NCBI GenBank assembly: GCA_964526065.1
Contig: CAZGID010000002.1
Location: 1 to 41,861, forward strand
Direction of reading: 5' to 3'
From: an uncultured bacterium
GTDB taxonomy: Bacteria; Omnitrophota; Omnitrophia; Omnitrophales; Aquincolibacteriaceae
DNA length: 41,861 nucleotides
Shown: piece after piece, positions 17,844 through 25,506 of the stretch
Layout of the letters: every line of letters starts with the position of its first letter
How positions within the stretch are numbered: position 1 is the first letter of the stretch
Made by a program: the position numbers and the translations under genes
The notes under the pieces: model-generated
Database searches by the model: none
Told to the model about the DNA's origin: nothing
The model's input: only the letters and a program-made list of their open reading frames with translations

Positions 17844-18221
17844 TCAGACGTCCTGCAATTCCTGCCAGGAATAATCGGGAAGGCCCATATGGGCCGTCAG
17901 CGGTCGGACATCGTCCGTGAAAGGTGCAGCAAAAGGAAGGAGAAAGAAATCGTTCGCCCCTGAGGAAAGCCGGTACAAGCCATAAGTCATGAAGCGGAAA
18001 GGATACGTCACCGGCCACGCCTTGGGGTGGAGCCGCCGTTCTGTGACAAAAACCGTTACCGGCTCCAGCAAAATGGAAACCACGTTAATCAAACCCCGGC
18101 TCTGGACACGCACAATTTTTTTCAATGTTCCCGGGTTTTCTTCCTTCATTGCGGCACAGGCAGAACCCGGTCCGCTCAGCAGCAGTGTCATCATCAGCAT
18201 CAACCCGAAAACCTGTTTCAT
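17844..18221 (-). CDS. Secreted small protein, loosely resembling the exosortase-associated TIGR04073 family
   Basis: Start at the ATG at 18221, with AAGGAG 8 nt upstream. Signal peptide MKQVFGLMLMMTLLLSGPGSACA. RGLINVVSILLEP...G..R..SG..DFFLLPF is reminiscent of TIGR04073, but this is unverified. Confidence 0.5.
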   Translation of the reverse strand: MKQVFGLMLMMTLLLSGPGSACAAMKEENPGTLKKIVRVQSRGLINVVSILLEPVTVFVTERRLHPKAWPVTYPFRFMTYGLYRLSSGANDFFLLPFAAPFTDDVRPLTAHMGLPDYSWQELQDV

Positions 18222-18234
18222 GAATCCAGCTCCT

Positions 18235-19749
18235 TTACTTGAGTTTGAGAATGCGGTCGAGCAGTTTGCCATCCAGATGCTCTTCCGTTATATCGGCCAG
18301 ACGGTCAAAAACATCAACGGGCTTTGAAAGCTTTTGGCCGGCTTCCGGCAGCCCTCCCGCCTGACGCACTTCGTTCATAAAGGCCTCCAGAAATTCCGGA
18401 TTTTGAAAGATGCCGTGCAAATAGGTTCCGTAAAGACGCATTCCGCCGCGATCCTGCCGGATTCCTTCGGGGCGCCGGACCCTTTGCCCATTTTCTTCCC
18501 GGATCTGAAACCAGGGGCGCAGCCGGTGACGCGATGTTGTTTTTCCCATATGAATTTCATAGGCTTCCAAATCCCCATGAGAACCCGAAATCCGTGCCTG
18601 TACACGTGTAAGCGTTTTGTTGGCTCTAAAAACCGTCTCCACCGGCAAGAGTCCGAGACCTTCCATTTTTTTGTGAGAGGATTCGACTTCATAAGGATCG
18701 CGCAGCAGGTGTCCCATCATCTGGTACCCGCCGCAAATCCCGACCACCGGCACCCCCGCCTTCGCGCAGCGAAAAACATAAGCATCGAGGCCGCTGCGGC
18801 GCAGCCAGGCCAGATCCGCCATCGTACTTTTTGTCCCGGGCAAAATCAAAACATCGGGCAGAACGTTCCGCTGCGAAGCACGAATAAAGCGCACGTTCAC
18901 GCCCGGCATCCGCCGCAGCAAATCGAAATCGGTAAAATTGGAAATACGCGGCCACTGGATAATGTGCGCGAGAACGCCCTTGTTTCGCCCTCGGCCGTTC
19001 CCGGAATGAGAATCCATTCCCAGACCGGCTGTCATGGAATCCTCTTCGGGAAGATTCAAATCCGGAATAAACGGCAGCACGCCTAGAGTCGGCACACCGG
19101 TTTCCTTCTTCAACCACCGCAGTCCCGGCGTCAAAAGCGTTTCATCGCCGCGGAATTTATTGATGAGAAAAGCGCGGACGTGGCGGCGTTCCCAGGGTTT
19201 CAAAATGGAATAAGTGCCCGCCAATTGCGCAAAAATCCCGCCCCAATCAATATTTCCGACCAGAATGACGGGAGCTTCCGCCAGACGGGCAACCGTCATG
19301 TTCACCAGATCGCGGCTGCGCAGATTCACCTCGGCTGGACTGCCTGCTCCCTCAATGACAACCACATCATAGTCGCGCATCAACCGCTTCAACGACTCCC
19401 GCACGGTGGGTAGAAAGCGCTCGCGGTAGCGGGGTGCCAGAATGCCCTGGTGATTTTGCACCGGTTTTCCCAGGAGCACGGTCTGGACAGTCCGGTCGGA
19501 AGAAGGCTTCAACAAGATGGGATTCATATCCACCGTTGCCTCAACGCCGGCGGCTTCCGCCTGCACCGCCTGCGCGCGGCCGATTTCACCGCCTTCGGCC
19601 GTCACATAAGAGTTATTCGCCATGTTCTGGGCTTTAAAAGGCGCGACGCGTAAACCCCGGCGGCGAAGCATGCGGCAAAAAGCCGCCGTCAGCACACTTT
19701 TCCCGACGTGTGATCCTGTTCCCTGAATCATCAAGGTGCGGGCTTTCAT
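18235..19749 (-). CDS. cobQ: Cobyric acid synthase
   Basis: MIQGTGSHVGKSVLTAAFCRML...APFKAQNM...GICGGYQMMG (CobQ N-terminal P-loop and glutamine amidotransferase domain). Start at the ATG at 19749, in an ATGA overlap with the upstream small gene. Confidence 0.9.
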   Translation of the reverse strand: MKARTLMIQGTGSHVGKSVLTAAFCRMLRRRGLRVAPFKAQNMANNSYVTAEGGEIGRAQAVQAEAAGVEATVDMNPILLKPSSDRTVQTVLLGKPVQNHQGILAPRYRERFLPTVRESLKRLMRDYDVVVIEGAGSPAEVNLRSRDLVNMTVARLAEAPVILVGNIDWGGIFAQLAGTYSILKPWERRHVRAFLINKFRGDETLLTPGLRWLKKETGVPTLGVLPFIPDLNLPEEDSMTAGLGMDSHSGNGRGRNKGVLAHIIQWPRISNFTDFDLLRRMPGVNVRFIRASQRNVLPDVLILPGTKSTMADLAWLRRSGLDAYVFRCAKAGVPVVGICGGYQMMGHLLRDPYEVESSHKKMEGLGLLPVETVFRANKTLTRVQARISGSHGDLEAYEIHMGKTTSRHRLRPWFQIREENGQRVRRPEGIRQDRGGMRLYGTYLHGIFQNPEFLEAFMNEVRQAGGLPEAGQKLSKPVDVFDRLADITEEHLDGKLLDRILKLK

Positions 19750-19961
19750 GGGAGGGCCGGATTGCGGGCAGCCGCGCTGAGACAATCCGGACAAAGACAA
19801 TCGCCGCAGGCCAGTTGCAGCTGGGACAGCGCCGGCGGAGGAACCGCCACCTGCTGGCACCAGCATTCCGTATTGCGCAGGCATTCAAACAAAACACCGC
19901 AGCGTTCACAGACAAGGCGGCGGGGTGTCCCATCCGATTTTTTTTGCGGGGCTTCAGCCAT
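19746..19961 (-). CDS. Cysteine-rich CWC-family small protein
   Basis: CERCGVLFECLRNTECWCQQV...CGDCLCPDC, a CxxC...CWC pattern. Translationally coupled to cobQ. Confidence 0.6.
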   Translation of the reverse strand: MAEAPQKKSDGTPRRLVCERCGVLFECLRNTECWCQQVAVPPPALSQLQLACGDCLCPDCLSAAARNPALP

Positions 19962-19992
19962 GAAAACTCTCTGGGTGAACGCCCATTATAGG

Positions 19993-20030
19993 AGAGAAAA
20001 GGGGCGGGGACCAAAAAAAATCCCCGCCCC
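19993..20030 (-). terminator. Rho-independent terminator
   Basis: Minus strand: GGGGCGGGGA, T-rich loop, TCCCCGCCCC, then TTTTCTCT. A perfect 10-bp GC stem downstream of the gene ending at 20108. Confidence 0.75.
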
Positions 20031-20107
20031 TCGCGAAAACGAAGGACGGGGATACCCAGAACACGAGTGATTTTAGCCGGTGCTCATGCCCGGCATCCGA
20101 TCAAGGA

Positions 20108-20560
20108 TTAATGAGCGCGTTCGCCTGCCATCTGCACCCGTTCGCGCAGACTGGAACGGTTCTCTTCGTCCCGTGCAAACCGCCGCTGACGCGAAAGCTC
20201 CAGGGTTCTCTGGGCTTCCTGCATCTGCTGTTCAATCCGGGGGTCCACCTTAAACTGGGCACCCCGATAAGCATCGGCCGAGCTCCAGAGATGGTTGGCC
20301 AGCAAGGGGCCGATCGCCACCCAGGTAACCCCGCCACCGGCGACTCCACCAAGGATCGCCAGCGTCGTAATCGCCGCAACTTCCACACCTGCCATAATTT
20401 TTGTTTTTGTATTCCCCAGCTGCCCATTCATCGCCTGGCCGGTAGTCGGCAGCAAAAGCGAGGCGGCGGCTTCTTTGGCGCCGACAGAATACGCCGGCGG
20501 AGCGGAAAGCGAGAAAATCAGGGAAAGAGCAATCATGGAATTCAGAACTTTGGATTTCAT
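20108..20560 (-). CDS. Secreted or membrane hypothetical protein
   Basis: Start at the ATG at 20560, with GAGGAGG 9 nt upstream. Signal peptide MKSKVLNSMIALSLIFSLSAPPAYS, one Gly/Ala-rich TM segment and a charged C-terminal tail. Confidence 0.6.
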   Translation of the reverse strand: MKSKVLNSMIALSLIFSLSAPPAYSVGAKEAAASLLLPTTGQAMNGQLGNTKTKIMAGVEVAAITTLAILGGVAGGGVTWVAIGPLLANHLWSSADAYRGAQFKVDPRIEQQMQEAQRTLELSRQRRFARDEENRSSLRERVQMAGERAH

Positions 20561-20698
20561 TGGGTCATTCCTCCTCGTGGTTCTGGTTTCATGCAAGTTT
20601 ATCGGCAGGATTTTTTTCCGTCTTAAGTCGGGCTTTCCCTTAATATGAGTTTATTTTCCGAAAAGGGCGTTCTCAATGCAACAAAAAAATCGGTAAAC

Positions 20699-22192
20699 TT
20701 AGCGTGAAAGCAATTCCGTCAGCAGCCGGACACCGACCCCCGTCGCCCCTTTGGCACAATCAAAGCGCCCGCTGTTAGACCAGGCTGTGCCGGCAATGTC
20801 CAGATGTGCCCAGGCGGTCTTTTCCGGAATGAATTCCTTGAGGAACATCGCCGCGGTGATCGTCCCGCCATACGGACCGCCGACATTCAGAAGATCCGAG
20901 TGATACCCCTTAATGAATTCGCGATAATCCTCCCAGATCGGCAGCTGCCAGCAGCGCTCTCCGGTCGCTTCACCCGCCTGGATGATTTTCTGAACCAGAT
21001 TTTCGTCGTTCCCCATTAAGCCGATGGCCTTGTCGGCAAAGGTGTAGAGGCACATCCCGGTCAATGTCGCCAGATCGATCAGCATTTTGGGTTTATACTT
21101 GGCGGAATAGGACAAGGCGTCCCCCAGAATCAGCCGGCCTTCGGCGTCCGTATTGATCACTTCCACGGTTTTCCCGTTGTACATCGTAATGATGTCGCCC
21201 GGACGCTGCGGATCCTCGGCCACAGAATTCTCGGCGGTCGGCACCAGACCGACCACATGCCGTTTCAGCCCCAAATCGGCCACCACGCCCAGCGTCCCAA
21301 TGACGGTCGCAGCTCCCGACATGTCGTATTTCATCTTTTCCATGTCCTTGGACGGCTTGATCGAGATGCCGCCCGTATCAAATGTAACCCCTTTACCCAC
21401 CAGGCAGACAGTCCCCTTCGACTGATACGCCTTGCCGTACTCCAGAATAATCAGCGCCGGGGGCACGGTGCTGCCCTGGCCCACAGCCAGGATGCCGTTC
21501 ATTTTCAATTTCTCCAGTTCGGCTTTTCCGAAGACTTCGCAGTGAATCTTCTTTTTTCGCGCCATCTCTCTGGCTTCTTTCGCCAGCTGCTGCGGGTGCA
21601 AAACATTGCCCGGTTCATTAATCAAGTCGCGGGCGCGGATGACTCCTTCGGCAATCGCCAGATGCGCGGCAATTTTTTTATCGAGAGAGGCCAGAGACCC
21701 CTTGCGGGCCAGAAACGCTTCAAAACGAATATCCGCCTTTTTTCCGTTCTCTCCCTGAGTCCGGTACCGGTCGAATTCATAAAGTGCCAGTTTCTCCATT
21801 TCAGCAAAGATGCCAGCCGCTTCGGCGAGCGTGACCTCACCCGAAACAAAGGTCTCCAGGGCAATCCGGACCGTTTTCGCTTTAATGGCGCGCGCCTTGC
21901 GCACGATTTCACTGGCGGCTTTCCGGAAGCACATTTTGCGGTAATCTTTCTTCGGCCCCATCCCGACGAGAAAAAATTCATGGGCCTGAGTGTAGTCCGG
22001 ATTGTAGGTCATTAACTGCTGGGCAGGTTTGCCGTCGAAGCGCCCTTTGCTGACGGCCTGCTGGCTGGCTTCATAAGCCGCCGGTTCCAGCGTGCGCAGT
22101 TCGCGCGCCGGTCCTTCTTTTTCAAAACAGGCGGCGACAAATAAATCGGCGCGGACTTTTTTCTCGGAAGAGGGAATCAAAACCAGACTCAT
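20699..22192 (-). CDS. pepA: Leucyl aminopeptidase (M17 family)
   Basis: VGKGVTFDTGGISIKP..., NTDAEGRLILGDAL, the diagnostic M17 active-site motifs. AAAGGAG lies 6 nt before the ATG. Confidence 0.92.
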   Translation of the reverse strand: MSLVLIPSSEKKVRADLFVAACFEKEGPARELRTLEPAAYEASQQAVSKGRFDGKPAQQLMTYNPDYTQAHEFFLVGMGPKKDYRKMCFRKAASEIVRKARAIKAKTVRIALETFVSGEVTLAEAAGIFAEMEKLALYEFDRYRTQGENGKKADIRFEAFLARKGSLASLDKKIAAHLAIAEGVIRARDLINEPGNVLHPQQLAKEAREMARKKKIHCEVFGKAELEKLKMNGILAVGQGSTVPPALIILEYGKAYQSKGTVCLVGKGVTFDTGGISIKPSKDMEKMKYDMSGAATVIGTLGVVADLGLKRHVVGLVPTAENSVAEDPQRPGDIITMYNGKTVEVINTDAEGRLILGDALSYSAKYKPKMLIDLATLTGMCLYTFADKAIGLMGNDENLVQKIIQAGEATGERCWQLPIWEDYREFIKGYHSDLLNVGGPYGGTITAAMFLKEFIPEKTAWAHLDIAGTAWSNSGRFDCAKGATGVGVRLLTELLSR

Positions 22193-22209
22193 GAGAGCTC
22201 CTTTCCGGC

Positions 22210-22235
22210 GGATTTTCGTTAAATCCGTACGGATT
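22210..22235. promoter_or_regulatory. Nested inverted repeats (operator-like) in the pepA upstream region
   Basis: GGATTTT-cgtt-AAATCC-GTAC-GGATT. It contains the perfect 14-nt palindrome AATCCGTACGGATT (22222-22235), about 30 nt upstream of the pepA ATG. Confidence 0.3.
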
Positions 22236-22317
22236 GTGCGCGGGCTATTGGGACCCGCGCCTTTTCTGATGATGGGTTAATGAGTGCAACAGCCTGTCAT
22301 TTTAGCGCAAAAGTGCT

Positions 22318-22346
22318 TTGAAGCAAATGGCGTGTCGACATAGAAT
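22318..22346 (+). promoter_or_regulatory. Candidate sigma70-type promoter giving a leaderless mRNA
   Basis: TTGAAG (22318-22323), exactly 17 nt, TAGAAT (22341-22346), 6 nt (GGGGGC), then the ATG at 22353. Confidence 0.45.
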
Positions 22347-22352
22347 GGGGGC

Positions 22353-22928
22353 ATGCGCCGCGAACCTCAAAAAGGCCTGCAGGCTATTCTCTGGTGGGTT
22401 GTCTGGATTTCCCTGACAATTCTTTCTTTTTTTGGAGCCGTCGCCATCTGGTCCCCCATCATCGCCCGCCATTTCGGCAGCGTTCGCGAAGGCCAGGCGG
22501 CGGTCTTCTGGGTGATCGCCGTTTTCGGCACCTGGATGATTTTTCTGGTGCCGCTGATCGTCTACATGTATTTCCGCGTCGATAAAGCCTATGACGACGC
22601 CCGTATTCGCCGGGAAAAGGCGGCGATGCGCTTTCGTTCCATTGAAGTTCCCTCAAACAAAAGAGCCTTGCGCCCGGAAGTTGCATCTCATCTGACCCCG
22701 CTTCCTGAAACCATTCAGGGTGGTCACGTTGTTGCCCTCCGGCTGACGGACGGCCGGGAAATTCCTTACGCCTTTATTGCGCAGCGGCGGGAAATTCTGG
22801 GGCTTTATAATCAGCGGGAGATGTCCTTTACCGGCGGCGATGTCGTCCAAGTCATTCCGTACCCGGAACTGCCTCCGCTTCTGGTCGCCGCCAACTGGCT
22901 GCGGCTCGACGGTGTCAGCCTGGATTAA
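22353..22928 (+). CDS. Membrane protein with an uncharacterised C-terminal domain (paralog A)
   Basis: Two N-terminal TM helices (...VFGTWMIFLVPLIVYMYFR) and a soluble tail GGHVVALRLTDGREIPYAFIAQRREILGLYNQ...WLRLDG, shared with the gene at 23534-24307. Confidence 0.7.
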   Translation: MRREPQKGLQAILWWVVWISLTILSFFGAVAIWSPIIARHFGSVREGQAAVFWVIAVFGTWMIFLVPLIVYMYFRVDKAYDDARIRREKAAMRFRSIEVPSNKRALRPEVASHLTPLPETIQGGHVVALRLTDGREIPYAFIAQRREILGLYNQREMSFTGGDVVQVIPYPELPPLLVAANWLRLDGVSLD

Positions 22929-23293
22929 GCCGCTGCTTCCGGATTTTCTTCGCGGGATTTCTGATTGCAAACGCTTTTCAGCGTGAGGGCGGGTGCTTTC
23001 TCGATGCCTTCCGTATAAGAGAACATCGGAATGGTATCCCAGGGGCAGTGTTTCGCGCAAAGTGCACAGCCAATACAGCGTTCGATATCGACTTCCACCA
23101 CCTGCTGGAACTGGGCAAAGTCGGCGCCCGGCACAATTTCAATGCAGTCGACGGGACAAAAAACGATACAGGCTTCACAGCCCGTGCAACCGTGCTGGTC
23201 GATGACAGCCAATAGCCGGGGCTCCCGTTTGCGTTCGGGTTTGGCAGCAATTTGGGGCGGCCGGGGGCCTTTTCTTGCCGTATTTTCCGTCAT
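22925..23293 (-). CDS. 2x[4Fe-4S] ferredoxin with a basic N-terminal extension
   Basis: CTGCEACIVFCP and CIGCALCAKHCP, two CxxCxxCxxxCP motifs. Confidence 0.85.
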   Translation of the reverse strand: MTENTARKGPRPPQIAAKPERKREPRLLAVIDQHGCTGCEACIVFCPVDCIEIVPGADFAQFQQVVEVDIERCIGCALCAKHCPWDTIPMFSYTEGIEKAPALTLKSVCNQKSREENPEAAA

Positions 23294-23354
23294 CGTAAAA
23301 TCCTTACTAAGAAGATGGTAACACAGGGCCTATCGGCCTTCAACGCCCGCGACT

Positions 23355-23537
23355 TTACCCTCGGGGACGCGCCAGGCGGCATACCAGCCAGCCAAAAGCA
23401 AAAACCAGAATGGAACCGGTAAACGCGGCAATCGCGGCGCCTTCATCCCGGTCAAATTCGGTAATCCACAAACTAACCGGCATCAGGATCAAACCGGCCA
23501 GCTGAAGCAGTCGCCCGGCCCGCCAAATCCACTTCAT
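23355..23537 (-). CDS. Small two-helix membrane protein
   Basis: 60 aa with two hydrophobic segments. The ATG overlaps the stop of the upstream gene by 4 nt (ATGA). Confidence 0.5.
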   Translation of the reverse strand: MKWIWRAGRLLQLAGLILMPVSLWITEFDRDEGAAIAAFTGSILVFAFGWLVCRLARPRG

Positions 23538-24307
23538 CCACGTCTCCCGTCAAGGCGCAGCCAGCGGGCTTCTTCATAAGGCGGCAGGCTCTCGGGCTTC
23601 AGAACTTCCACCCCTTCGATTTCTTCCATCGAAAAAGAAAGCGCTTCGGCATCATAAATGCCGAGAATTTCGCGCCGGTGCAGGATAAAGACATGCGGAA
23701 TCACGCTTCCATTCCGGAGCCTCAATGAAACTACATGGCCTTCCCCAACGGTGGGGGCAATCCCTTCCAACTGCAAACGGGCCAGCCCGGGCAGCTGACG
23801 GGAGGCCTTATCATAAAAACGGGCGCGGAACTGCGGACCCGGCGCCGCTTGCTCCTGGCGTGCATCGCGAAAAATTTGATCGGCCCGCCGGTACATCAAA
23901 ATCAGAAAGGGCAGAAGGACAACCAGCCAGGTGACCAGCACCGCCTTGACCCAGGGGCCATAAATACCGGATCCTCCCAGCTCCTCCCGGTACCGCCAGC
24001 TCCAAAAGAACAAACTGCCGATCAGCGCTCCGATAAAAATCATCATGGCCGTCTGCCACGCATCCACCGCTTTTTCCTGATGCGTATTCAGCCGCTTCCA
24101 GACGCGCTCTTTCTTGCGCATAAAGGGAATGACGAGGATAAACCAGGTGCCGAAAACCGAAATCGCCCAGGTGATTTCGCGCGCGCTTCCTTCGATCGGA
24201 CCCAGCGCCTTCTCGATCAAGACCGTCCAGCCTGCCGCGGCCAGCACGAAGGAGCCGGCAAACCAGCAAATCCATCCGAGCCAGAAACGAAATCCGAAGC
24301 GGTCCAT
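23534..24307 (-). CDS. Membrane protein with an uncharacterised C-terminal domain (paralog B, duplicated TM module)
   Basis: Four TM helices. The VFGTW-type module occurs twice (VFGTWFILVIPF; LVTWLVVLLPFLILMYRR). C-terminal EGHVVSLRLRNGSVIPHVFILHRREILGIYDA...WLRLDG. Confidence 0.7.
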   Translation of the reverse strand: MDRFGFRFWLGWICWFAGSFVLAAAGWTVLIEKALGPIEGSAREITWAISVFGTWFILVIPFMRKKERVWKRLNTHQEKAVDAWQTAMMIFIGALIGSLFFWSWRYREELGGSGIYGPWVKAVLVTWLVVLLPFLILMYRRADQIFRDARQEQAAPGPQFRARFYDKASRQLPGLARLQLEGIAPTVGEGHVVSLRLRNGSVIPHVFILHRREILGIYDAEALSFSMEEIEGVEVLKPESLPPYEEARWLRLDGRRG

Positions 24308-24310
24308 AAG

Positions 24311-24724
24311 CTACATCCGATAGAGCATCCAGTAAACGACGACGCCGGTGACCGAAACGTACAGCCAGAGAGGCAATGTTTTTTTTCCGATCCGGACATG
24401 CCGCACGAAGTCACCGCGCAAACCGCGCACCAGCGTCATCACCACCATAGGAAGGATCACGACAGCCAAAATGGTGTGGGAAAGAAGAATTGTAAAATAC
24501 ACCCAGCGGATCCAGCCTTCTCCGCCAAAGCGTGTGCTGCCATGGTGATAATGATAAGACAGGTAGGAGATCAAAAAAAGAACGGAGGTCATGCAGGCCG
24601 CCAGCATACTCATGGTGTGCGCCGTAATGGCCCGCTGCCGGATAAAGATATAACCCAGCACCAGTAAAAAAGCACTGGCGAGATTCAGACCCGCGTTCAC
24701 CGCCGGCCAATGAATCTCCGGCAT
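24311..24724 (-). CDS. DUF420 family membrane protein (CtaM-like)
   Basis: MPEIHWPAVNAGLNLASAFLLVLGY...SYLSYHYHHG...ILLSHTILAVV...LWLYVSVTGVVVYWMLY. Start at the ATG at 24724, sharing one base with the permease stop (TGATG). Confidence 0.8.
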   Translation of the reverse strand: MPEIHWPAVNAGLNLASAFLLVLGYIFIRQRAITAHTMSMLAACMTSVLFLISYLSYHYHHGSTRFGGEGWIRWVYFTILLSHTILAVVILPMVVMTLVRGLRGDFVRHVRIGKKTLPLWLYVSVTGVVVYWMLYRM

Positions 24725-25506
24725 CACGTTAATTGCTCCGGGCCGCGTTCCGCGGCAAAGCGTGCGGCCAGCAGCAACGAAATAACCGCGAGCCCCGCCG
24801 TCACGGCGCAGGAAAGGGCGGCATCCGGCAGCAAGGGAAAGGCTTCCGGTCCCGAAAGCACCTGCCGCAGCGCTCCCAGCCCGTAGGTTAATGGATTGAC
24901 CTGCATCAAAACGCGGATCCATACCGGCGCGCCTTCAAGGGGAAACAGCGCTCCCGAGAGAAACCACAGCGGCATCAGCAGCAGATTCATCACCGCATGA
25001 AATCCCTGAATGGAATTCATGCGCCACGCCAGCAAAAATCCGCCGGCCGTTAAAAAGAAGGCATTCAGAAAAAGAATTCCCGCCACCTGCAAAATGGCGG
25101 CTGGCGACAACGAAAAACCCGCAACCGGCGCAAGCGCCAGAAAAAAGAGCCCCTGCAGCCAGGCTAATCCCGCTCCGCCCAAAATTTTTCCAAGCGCCAG
25201 ACTCCAGGATGGTACCGGAGCGACCAGCACGGATTGCATAAATCCCTCCTGCCGGTCCTGAATCAGGGAAAAAGTGGAAAACACGGCCGTAAAAAGCAGG
25301 ATCAAATACAGGGTGCCGGGATAGAAATAAGCGAGGTAATTCGTATCCCCCGTTCCCGCCTGAAATGAGCTTCCGAATCCGGCACCGATAAAAAGCCAAA
25401 AAATAATCGGGGAACCGAGCGCGCCGGCGACACGGCTGGGCTGACGCCAGAAACGGATCATTTCGCGCTTCCACAGCATGGCGGCAGCTAAAAGAGCGGG
25501 CTTCAT
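24724..25506 (-). CDS. ABC-2 type transporter permease
   Basis: 260 aa and six hydrophobic helices. N-terminal WKREMIRFWRQPSRV is typical of ABC-2 permeases. 4-nt overlap with the ATPase gene. Confidence 0.8.
   Translation of the reverse strand: MKPALLAAAMLWKREMIRFWRQPSRVAGALGSPIIFWLFIGAGFGSSFQAGTGDTNYLAYFYPGTLYLILLFTAVFSTFSLIQDRQEGFMQSVLVAPVPSWSLALGKILGGAGLAWLQGLFFLALAPVAGFSLSPAAILQVAGILFLNAFFLTAGGFLLAWRMNSIQGFHAVMNLLLMPLWFLSGALFPLEGAPVWIRVLMQVNPLTYGLGALRQVLSGPEAFPLLPDAALSCAVTAGLAVISLLLAARFAAERGPEQLT

Noticed and set aside
19962-20107. Possible cobalamin riboswitch upstream of the CWC-cobQ pair
   Set aside because: The region is too short once the 20108-20560 gene's terminator is accounted for, and I could not find a B12-box-like element on the minus strand. 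A covariance-model scan would be needed to exclude it formally.
22238-22260. GCGCGGG-loop-CCCGCGC plus CTTTTCT read as a plus-strand terminator
   Set aside because: No plus-strand gene lies upstream of it, since pepA is on the minus strand. It is kept only as part of the control-region observation.
23735-24667. 310-aa plus-strand ORF across paralog B and the DUF420 gene
   Set aside because: Same codon-aligned antisense artefact: its frame matches both minus-strand genes. The product is Pro/Gly/His/Arg-rich with no domain, and the minus-strand genes have clear family signatures.
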